Part shown: piece by piece, positions 40,218-49,298 of the stretch
Layout of the letters: each line of letters opens with the position of its first letter
Numbering within the stretch: the stretch's first letter is position 1
Assembly (NCBI GenBank): GCA_000934665.2
Contig: JYFJ02002310.1
Span: 1 to 59,867 of the forward strand
DNA: 59,867 bases
From: Catajapyx aquilonaris
Taxonomy: Eukaryota
Direction: 5' to 3'
Made by a program: the position numbers and the translations under genes
The notes under the pieces: generated by a model
Told to the model about the DNA's origin: nothing
Database searches by the model: none
What the model saw: the letters and a program-made list of their open reading frames with translations, nothing else

Positions 40218-40297
40218 ATCTCAGCAATTTGTTTAATGAGAAGCAACAATCAGGCAAGTTAATTTAGCCCTGATTGTTGCTTCTTGTTAAACTGATT
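40218..40297. repeat. Hairpin (~37-bp imperfect stem)
   Basis: ATCTCAGCAATTTGTTTAATGAGAAGCAACAATCAGG ... CCTGATTGTTGCTTCTTGTTAAACTGATTGCAGGGAT. Confidence 0.85.
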
Positions 40298-42176
40298 GCA
40301 GGGATGAACAATCCGTATACCTTTGTCTGTTACCCCCTTTTGAACTGGGGATTTATATCAGCAGAAATGCTATGTAGCCTGTTTGAAGCATAGAAAGTAA
40401 CCTCAACGACTTACAACCTCAAAACATGCTAGAGAGCAAAAGTTACTAATAAGTTAGTAATTCTACTTCTAATAGATCATGTGCCTTTAGCTCAGCTGTA
40501 CCTATGAAAAACAACTTACTGTATATGTAGCCTAATATAAAAATATTCCCTTTATCTAATCACTTAAGGACACTTTTATTTCGGTTACAGTACTTGCTAC
40601 AACAAGATGAATAAGAGAATAAAACACCAAATACAATATTGAACCCTTGATATACGATTTGTTACTTTTTACACGCAGAACAGTAGTACAGTGCCTAAAA
40701 GCTGTGCAATTATGCAGCCATTGTACTATTACGACTTTAAATCCATGATTGTCTAGCAACTCAGCGGCTAATATTGGAGAGGTTGGATGGAATGCTTAAA
40801 TACAGTACATTTACTGAATTTACAAAATGAGCCTCTTACACTATACGGCCAGATAACTCAAACATCCGACTTTGTTTATTCTGGGACCAAACTTCAAATA
40901 GTAAGAAAACAGAGGCACATGCAGGACAGTATTTAGCATAACACCTGCCGTCTTATCAATATATTCCTGTTGGAGCCGAGAGTGTTAAAAATCTAGCCTC
41001 CTTTACTTATACAGGTTATACTGTGGGGCATCGTCACGCAACAGTTACTACCCATGTTGCAAGTGGCTCTTGACTGACGACATCGTACCTTGCTTAGGTA
41101 TGACGTTATTCAAACGCAACTAACAATATGAGTAATCACTGTTGATGACCACATGAAAGATGTAGTTTCCTAAACATTCCTTCCATTCCACCCCGACCTT
41201 ATTAATCCTTAGAACTCCTACCAACGAATTAATAAGTGAGTCGTGTGACTCATCGGCCTAACCCTAATTTACAAGAAACTAGTTGAAAAAATACCACAAC
41301 TCTTCTCTTCCATTCAAGTCTATAATTTCCTGTGAAGGCAAATATTTGCAAGGCTGTATAGTTTATTTTTATACAGAGTCTCTCTGTCGTCACAATTTTA
41401 CTTAATGTAAGGAGGTGGAGAATAACAATTAGCGCAATAAGTACTTGCCAGCCAAATGAAACATGGTAACACAGAAATACAATAATTATGTTTATGTCAG
41501 ATATACTTATTGAAATACCAACAGGTCACAAACACCACCACCGTCCTAACCTTTCCTCACATTTAAGTCTGGCCTACAGCAAGACTTGTGCAACTGTACC
41601 TTTTCTATAAATAGAAAATAAAACATCAAAGTGCCGATGATTATTTCTCAATGCTATTGGTGGATAATTACGTTGTGTTGAGAAAATATCCCAAGTTCCC
41701 TTCAAGTGTGCAGTGAAGTAACCCTATATGTCAGTAGCATTTTAGGCTTCTGAACATATTTAATGTAAGGACTATTACGTCGATGTTCAGAAACCACATT
41801 GTTGAACAACCCGTTATATTGTGTAAGTGCAATACAATAATAATAATTAGACAACATCTCTTGCACCATAAGCTACACGTTCCTTTCAGTCTAGAGGATC
41901 ACAACTTGATCACGCACCGTTTTAAAAAAGAACAAGGTTCCTTGGAATATTCTTTCAGTTGCGAGTTACAAGCGCTGAATAAAACTTTTTGACCCAAGTT
42001 ATGTGTTTGAATGTAGCCTAATCTGACATAGGTCAGTGCTAATAGACCATAGTTCGCCGAGAAACGAGAGACTTGTAATGTTTAGGACCCGAAGGCATTT
42101 GGTAAATTCCTTTGCTGACAACACCTAATATAGTTTGAAATATTCCTGGACAGGTCATCTTGTTCCTGATTGACCC

Positions 42177-42510
42177 TTACTTGTCATCTTCTTTGTCCTT
42201 GTCATCCGGGTTCCCTCCCGCGCTCTCGTCTGAAGCGCCGGCGCCGTTGCCATTGTTGGCATTGGAGGCGTCGGTCGCGTCGGTTCCGGCGCCCTCGGAT
42301 CCGCTGTTAGACTTGGCATTCCCTCCGATGCCCTTGCCACCTTTGGCCCCCTTCCTTTGGGACGCTTCTACCCCCCTCTGCCCCCCTCCCCCTCCCCCCT
42401 CCCCCCTTCCTGCGTCCAACCGCGGGAGGGTTCGAACCCCGGCCGTTTTCTTGATAGGACCCTTCCTTGGGTCCAGTATTCGTTGCGAGGGTGGAATCTC
42501 CGAACCCACC
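42177..42510 (-). CDS. CCDC169: CCDC169-like terminal exon (VGSEIPPSQRILDPRKGPIKKTAGVRTLPRLD plus low-complexity tail)
   Basis: Acceptor ...ggtgaccAG, phase 2. Matches ORF 42177..42527 and carries the conserved LDP.KGPIKK.....LP.L C-terminal motif. Confidence 0.85.
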
Positions 42511-44796
42511 CTGGTCACCAGAAGCAAATAAACAAATCATATATTCAGGACAGGTTAGTTAATAACGAGGATTTAATGGGAAAAAAGAAGCGGAAAAGCG
42601 AACCTGTGAACCCAGATCTTCGGACGAAGATGTGGGACCCAGGTGTGATATATGTTAAGATTTTGTTTTCTAAAATATATATCTCTAGCTATTTGAGTGC
42701 AGTTTGGGCAGTACTAAGTTCTATTATAGCTTTTCATAGCACGATGGTGTTAATGACCAAAGGCTACGCAAAAGCAGTATCGTATCTACAAAGCTCCTTT
42801 TTTGTTGGTCAGTTGCATTATCTCAGCAACTTAAAAATGCCTACTGGCTCTTAAATGCCACAAATCTTAACATATAGGGCACAAACATTCCATGCCTAGT
42901 CAAAATGCGCCCTTATACAGAGCATAAGCGACGTGGCCATAGCACGACAAAAAAAGCGGTAAGCCATTCACGAAGCATCCAAAGATACTACCTGTCGTAC
43001 AAACCCAGCCTAAATTCTGACCACGTAAATGAAGAGAGAAAAAAAGGACGGGGTCTTGATAAAAGCGTCTACAACAAGTACGACGATCATAACGAACGTG
43101 AAAATCGCAACACTACAAAATGAGTCATAAAAATTTGCAAATGACGAATGGAGAAGTGCACATAAAAATCGCACTGTACATAAAAAGTATTCTGCAAAAA
43201 AGATTGAACCCCGGCTCCACAAAAAAGAGGTGAAAAAATGAAGTGGAGGTATCCCTGCAATAGGGTAAAAATTGGAAACAAGCCCACCCAACAAGAAGAA
43301 ATGTGTTGAGATACGTATGTATGTATAAGTGTGTATGGGTGCATGTTTATGTATGTGTCTGTATGTGGTCTGCAGTGAGCCAGCCAGCTATTTACCACCA
43401 GCGAACGAGCCCTGGGGTGAAGAGAGGGGAGGTGTACCCGCTGGGGTCGAGAAGAGGATGGGTCAATCGCAGTCTCTCCAGGGTGTAATTGGCGTGCTTC
43501 AGTTCCGCCCTGTACACGTTCCGGATCTCGTCGTAGTGGTGGTAGTCCTAATAAGAGAAGGAGGTCATCAGGAAGAAGAAGGAGGTCATCATCAGGAAGA
43601 AGGTGATACAAAACCAGAAAAGGTCATAATACCTTGGCCTCCTTGTCCATTTTCCATTCGGTGTCCCTTAAGGTGCTGTACAGGTCGTTTCGAATACGCT
43701 CGAGGTGCTTCACCAATCGCAGAAGTTCGGCCTGCGGGAAGAGGGGGTCCCACCAGAGGGGGCCGCTGTTGGGGGGATGGAGGGGGGTACCCTGTTCTGG
43801 TTTTCCGAAATTGCCACAAATTCCCCCCACTCCACTCATGCGGGCCTCATTCAAACCCTTGGCTCTGAATTTAACCCTTTTTTGGCCCTCCCTATATGTC
43901 TACCCCCAGGGGCATTGCTTACCTCGGATAAGGATCCTAGGTCAAAGTTCATGGCTTCTGGAAATGACCCTGTGGTGGCCCTGTGTTTGGCGTCCTGAAG
44001 CTCCGTTTCCAGAAATTCCCGTTGTTCCTGAAGCTGCTTGTTGATGGCCATTTGGGATTCGTACCTGACCTTCCACTCGCTGTCCTCTGAGGATTAGAAA
44101 AATGTCGTGTTTAATGGGTGATTTGCCACGCCCAGAGAACTTACCCCCACCTGTGGCGTTGTCTTCTAATTCCCTCATGTACTTCTCCAACTCCTGGATG
44201 GACCTTTCCAGTTCTGAGTTGGACCACTCCACTGTCTCCCTGCAATGAATACATTTATAAATTATAGGTTTACGCAACAGTTGATTTAAAAGCAATACAG
44301 TTATTTATATTTATGCCTTCTGTTACACCGGAGAACCAAACATGGCCATGAATTGACTTATAATTCATTAATCATGTAAATACTGTAACATTGGGTGGAC
44401 TTTTCGTCCTACTGCTAACTTAGCAGTACCAGTGTTGGGGATGGTTACTTGTGGTTATTGCTAAGTTAACAGTAAATAGGAGTGGGACGAAAATTCCACC
44501 CATTCTGTATCAGTTCATTACCGTTCCAATAATTTCAATTCATCCCATATCAAAATCCCGACTTGAATGCCAATCACTTGCAGTTCAATTTGTTATTTAA
44601 TTAAGCGCATGCTTACGACATATAATTATGTTTGAGACACCTTTAAAAAGGTAATGTATCTGTACTGTGTTCCTGTACATGGATTCCTATGGGTTCCTAT
44701 TTAGGTAAGCATGATATTAAAAACATAAGAGTACCGGTATGTGGTCTAAATTCTAAGTCTAAAATTCTACTGCGAAAGGTCTTACTTGGGATCCAT
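42177..44796 (-). CDS. CCDC169: CCDC169 (DUF4600)-like coiled-coil protein, whole model: complement(join(42177..42510,43396..43547,43633..43731,43923..44086,44145..44239,44786..44796)), ~284 aa
   Basis: Four motifs parallel the recalled CCDC169 sequence: EDSEWKVRYESQMAINKQLQEQ ([22 protein letters not shown]), ELLRLVKHLERIRNDLYSTLRDTEWKMDKEAK ([32 protein letters not shown]), DYHHYDEIRNVYRAEL (AYQKINNERRTYLAEM) and RILDPRKGPIKKTAGVRTLPRL (RGPVKKITRPNHLPEL). All introns are GT..AG with consistent phases 2,1,0,0,2; total 855 nt. Confidence 0.85.
43396..43547 (-). CDS. CCDC169: CCDC169-like exon (DYHHYDEIRNVYRAELKHANYTLERLRL...)
   Basis: Acceptor ttctcttattAG. The 3' boundary is uncertain: phase-2 donors exist at TG|GTAAAT (43396) and at GG|GTACAC (~43438). 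Confidence 0.75.
43558..43603. repeat. Short tandem duplication (~21-24 bp unit) in a CCDC169-like intron
   Basis: GAAGGAGGTCATCAGGAAGAA repeated twice, the second with an extra CAT. Confidence 0.8.
43633..43731 (-). CDS. CCDC169: CCDC169-like exon (AELLRLVKHLERIRNDLYSTLRDTEWKMDKEAK)
   Basis: Acceptor ctcttcccgcAG, donor AAG|GTATTA, 99 nt, phase 0/0. Confidence 0.9.
43923..44086 (-). CDS. CCDC169: CCDC169-like exon (EDSEWKVRYESQMAINKQLQEQ...DLGSLSE)
   Basis: Acceptor ttctaatcctcAG, donor GAG|GTAAGC, family motif EWK.RYE.Q...N..L. Confidence 0.9.
44145..44239 (-). CDS. CCDC169: CCDC169-like exon (ETVEWSNSELERSIQELEKYMRELEDNATGG)
   Basis: Acceptor ttcattgcAG, donor G|GTAAGT, heptad-like coiled coil. 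Followed by a 58-nt intron. Confidence 0.85.
44392..44502. mobile_element. Small foldback/MITE relic in a CCDC169-like intron
   Basis: TGGGTGGACTTTTCGTCCTACT / AGTGGGACGAAAATTCCACCCA plus the inner pair TAACTTAGCA / TGCTAAGTTA. Confidence 0.7.
44786..44796 (-). CDS. CCDC169: CCDC169-like putative first coding exon (MDP[K]); the exon probably begins at 44829 after a 5'UTR intron
   Basis: ACC-ATG-G Kozak context, ATG GAT CCC AA|GTAAGA phase-2 donor that fits the phase-2 acceptor at 44240. No homology support, so tentative. Confidence 0.5.
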
Positions 44797-45931
44797 GGTC
44801 AAGGATTATTTCAGATTTGTCAGAAAACCCTATTTTGCTTAAAAAAAGAGCCAGAAAAGTTATTATTAATATACTGTTATTACGTATTTGCAATTATGTC
44901 AACACTGAATATCAAGCGTTTCTGGATCTTTTTCAGAAGATTAATGACTGTGTTCTGGCTGCGGTGCAAGCAGACCTTGGGCCTCCAACATGGTATGCAC
45001 ATCGTGGAGTAGGGATTAGGAAATATTTCCTAGAATATTTCACTCTACCTAGACTTCTTTTGCAAAACTTGTATTCATCGCATGCGTGGAATTGCTAAAA
45101 TACCTCACGTGTGGCATTCCAGTCCCCAGAAAAATGTCTCAATGATGCCCTTTTTGTGATTGCAAAATTTTGTGCAAGCAACTATTTCCCATGTGTCAGC
45201 GTGGACTCAGATGTCGTCACACATGAAAGGGAGGCTTCGAATGTCAAATGATCCGTAGGTGCAATAAGATCACCTGATTACATTATTCATTCACATACTC
45301 GTAAATAATAATCGCTACCTCTGATGCAGGAGGCCAGTAATCCTCCCAGAGTGCGCAGAACAACTTCTTGTACACTTTATGCAAGTTTTGGGGAAGGTCA
45401 TGTTTTCACCATGTGCGTCACCACGACGTATAGGACCAGGAAGAATGTGCTCAAGCTGTGTATAATTTTCTGGTACAAAGATTGGGCGCGAGTCAAGGGC
45501 GAGGAGCTTATTGCTTTTTTTACATCGACAATGGGGCTATTAGGACTATTAGTAGAAGAGCTCGAAAGCAAAAGCAGCTAAGTCCATAACAAGAAATTTT
45601 ACAGGAGAAAAGGAAAACCTGCCATCTGGAAACAGTTGCAAACTGAAAGTAGGCCTACCTGATAGGTGGAGGCATGAGATGGAATTTTTATGGATTTTTT
45701 GACGCAAGTTTTGAAAATCGTGGATTGAGAGTTTAGCCACAAAGGTCGGTTTGGATATAGCTGGTTTTGCTTGGGAGCTCTTATTTGTCATTACTGCTAG
45801 TGTTAGCAGTAACGATGTCAACAACTAGTAACTATATTGTTACCTCTCAGAAAGCTTGTGGGAGAATCCTGGCTAACAGATGTAGGCTGATTGTTCACGA
45901 ATTCTTCTGCCAATATGATACAGCATGCAGG

Positions 45932-46238
45932 TGGTAGGGGGTGAGTATATAAGAGGCATGGCATGGGTCAGCAAGGCCGGCGACGATCCGTTTTGGAGAT
46001 GTCGATAATAATCCATCAACGATGTCTATCCTGACAAGTATGGATACCCCCGCACATGCCTGCATTGCCAGTTTCCGGGGCCAGGCGCTCGCACTGCCAG
46101 ACCGTTGCTCAACCGCCTGACTCCAGCAACCAACGATGCAGGCATGTCCATACTTGTCAGGATAGACATCGTCGACCTTAACGTCGTCGCCGGCCTTTCG
46201 GGCCCATGCCATGCTTCTTCCATATCCACCCCCTACCA
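45932..46238. mobile_element. GC-rich foldback element (~307 bp), superfamily unknown
   Basis: Arms TGGTAGGGGGTG..GCATGGCATGGG..AAGGCCGGCGACGA..CGATGTCTATCCTGACAAGTATGGA..ACATGCCTGCAT are mirrored at 46136-46238. No clear TSD. Confidence 0.75.
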
Positions 46239-48061
46239 TCAATATCTTTTTAGCAGACGAATTCGTGAACACCCTGGTAGAAAACAGGCTCATTGTTTCA
46301 GGTGCATTAATGTATTTTTCCCTTTGTCGTATATCAAGGTATTTCGGTGCTCGATTATTTAGTGTATGTGTTCTAACTGAAACACCGAATTAAATTGTGA
46401 CTGTCAATTAAATTACCCTCTCATAGCTGACATTCTACAGGTCATCTTTTTGGGCAACTATAACACAATTTTCTTACTCTTTCTCAGGTGTTTATTACCT
46501 GAATTTTTGCTTGAGAAAATTCAACTGAGGAGTGTTCCCCTAAAAAGTCTCGATCTTCCAACCATCAAATAAATAAATAAACAAATAAACAGGCCACACC
46601 TTCAAAGAGTTATTGTCACGCCTTTCCCCCACTAACGCCACCTAGCATCACGACCATCTTTCAACGCCATCTATCACTAACTAAAGTAGTCGCGCAATTT
46701 GCAGACCCACCCCTCAATATTCCTCGCTTTTTTATGAGCGTGTATCAGCTGGTGACCAGTTGTTGGCTTCTTCCTCATTGCGAGAAAAGGGGAGTGACCC
46801 ACCTCGTTAGGTTGCACTTAGAGCCTCGTTTTAACGAGAAGGCGGCATCCCGTTGAGTTGAGGAACATACCGTATCCAGACAAGCAACATAATAATCCAT
46901 TAGCCAGCCGTAAAGTCTCATTAAAACAAAATCGCTGGACATGACCTCATTGTCCTTCTAGGCCCCCTTACGGTTATGATGGAATTATCCTGTGTCAGTG
47001 CAAGAAGAGGTGGGGGGAGNNGGGGGGGGGGAAATATTCGAATAAAAATAGAAGTGGCGGCATAAGGAGATAATCACTTGGGACCTTCCCACTTGGCTTC
47101 TTTACGATGCAATTACTTCAACAGCGGTTGCCGACTCTTTTTACTGGAGTTACGAGGGCTTTCAGGGCCAGTGTAAGAAATAAGGTTGCTTTCCAAGAAT
47201 TTGGCTCTATATAATAATGTGAAGAATGTGACAAGAGTGCTGGTTAAACCAGTTTAGTAATTAACAATTATATTTAAGTTAATTAACTTTAGGGTGTAAT
47301 AAGGCCATATTTTGCCCCATGTCACTCCATCTATTATGCCTTCAACCTATAGTTTATGAAAATTTAGCATGAAGATATTACGCGAGGAACATTTGAGAAA
47401 ATCCGTAATAAGCTTACGTGAAGGAGAATGCAAATATATTTATATTCAAACTGCAGATAGTGTTGAAATATTCAGGCTAAAACTTGCGTGCAAAATAGCC
47501 AATGGAATGACCATATAATCAGCGTATTATCAATGGGAGTTATACGAATACTTCATATTGGTTTCAGTGAATGAGTTGCGTGATTTTATGCCTCATTTCG
47601 CCTCTTTGCACACTGCTATGAATATGAATTGACCCATAGGGAGCAAAGATCTTGCTTACAAATGGTACGGTACCAAGACACGACGATAGTATTTAGCCTT
47701 TCACGCGATTAAATTACTCTTTACCGAGAAAGGATCGGTTCTTCACTCTGATAGTCAATTCCAAGAAATAAGTCATTTGTTCCACACATCATGAGGTCAA
47801 TGAAACAAAATGGAAAACCCTGTATAATTAATGAAATTAATCTAGAATAAAAACTATGGAGTGAAAACATTAATTTCCCCAACTGCAGTATTACTGTAAT
47901 TGCTTCCTTTAAAAAAAAAACACTTGAACAGCACGTTTTATTTACGTTCAATACAGACGAAGCCTTGTTTTCAGAACCAATAGTCACATTTTGGTAGAAA
48001 TTGAGTTACGCATTGTGTGCTATCAGTGGCGTAGCGGGGGGGGGGGGGGGNGGGGGGCGCT

Positions 48062-48619
48062 GGACCCTAAAAATATAGTTCAAATCAGCTATTTTAAGGT
48101 ATAAAAACGCACATGCGCAAATATTGCATGTAGTGGATGATGTAATTTATTCCAAATCGAAAATCTCAATAATTTGGTGGACACTTAAGCTTCTTAAGGT
48201 GTATGCTGTGCATGTCAGCCGGACGGTCGGTGGGCCGTGCGGCCGTGAGACATTGTGTGGGTTCCGGAATATACTCCGGAAGCCACACGACATGTCCCGA
48301 AGTCGGACGGTCCGAGTCGTGGTTTGACGTTTGAGACTGCAGCAGCTGGTGTAATAGGCCAAAGTAACTTGACCTTTTGGCCCGGACATTACAAAATGAG
48401 TCGACAAAATTTAATACAAAACGACTCTGCAAAAGTGCATCAGACTTATTGTAGTACCAGGATCTGGCGCGGTGTAGGGAGAGGGTTGGGGGGGGGGGGG
48501 GGGGTNCCCCTTAGACCCCAAAAATATAGTTCAAATCCGCTATTTTAAAGTATAAAACCGCACGTGCGCAAATATTGTATGTGGTGGATGATGTAAGTCA
48601 TTTATTCCAAATCGAAAAT
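48062..48619 (+). repeat. ~100-bp direct repeat pair (48062-48164 and 48512-48619) inside the hAT element
   Basis: GACCC.AAAAATATAGTTCAAATC.GCTATTTTAA.GTATAAAA.CGCAC.TGCGCAAATATTG...TTTATTCCAAATCGAAAAT occurs twice, each after a poly-G run. Confidence 0.9.
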
Positions 48620-49250
48620 AACTGTAAGGCGACCAGACATCCCGAATTGTCCGGGACAGTCCCGAATTTTCACCCTTTGTCTCGAATTTTTTCAAGGGTC
48701 ATTCGGGTTGTCCCGGATTCGGCCAAACTGTCACGGTCAGGACTAGTGTTGTAAAGGCCAGGGAAAAACTGATTTTTCGTTTTTTCCTAGGAAAATTTGG
48801 GGGTTTCTAGTTTTTTTTACAAAGACCCAGATTTTTAACAGAAAATCTGCATAGATTATGTTTCAAATATTTAACGTATAAAATAATGAGATCAAAGCTC
48901 TCACAATCATAAAATATTTCATTTTCTGTGATGTAGACTATGCCAACTTGTCAGTAGAAAAATGGAAAAACTAATCTACAGTTCTGGACATCATGCAGTA
49001 GGCCTATCACTACTGCTTGTGTCACCATTTTCTTTGCTAGAATCAGATTCCACCGCAGTACGAATAACAGTGCAACAAAGCAGGGTTTTTTTTCTAAGTT
49101 TTAAAATTACTTCTCATCGTGACCCATTTCTTTTTCCCATGTAATGTAATGTCGAACTATGGAGTTTGACTACAACTTGTACTACGTATAATTATTATTA
49201 TCCATGCCCACATTTTTCTGGTATTCACACCTTGAATATATGTTGTATAT

Positions 49251-49298
49251 CCTCCTGAGACCTGATGTCCAATATATTGGACATCAGGTCTCAGGAGG
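49251..49298. mobile_element. 48-bp perfect-palindrome derivative of the piggyBac-like family
   Basis: ATAT-CCTCCTGAGACCTGATGTCCAATATATTGGACATCAGGTCTCAGGAGG-ATAT. Confidence 0.88.

Noticed and set aside
42160..44044. Plus-strand ORFs of 120-180 aa
   Set aside because: Antisense shadows of the GC-rich CCDC169-like exons.
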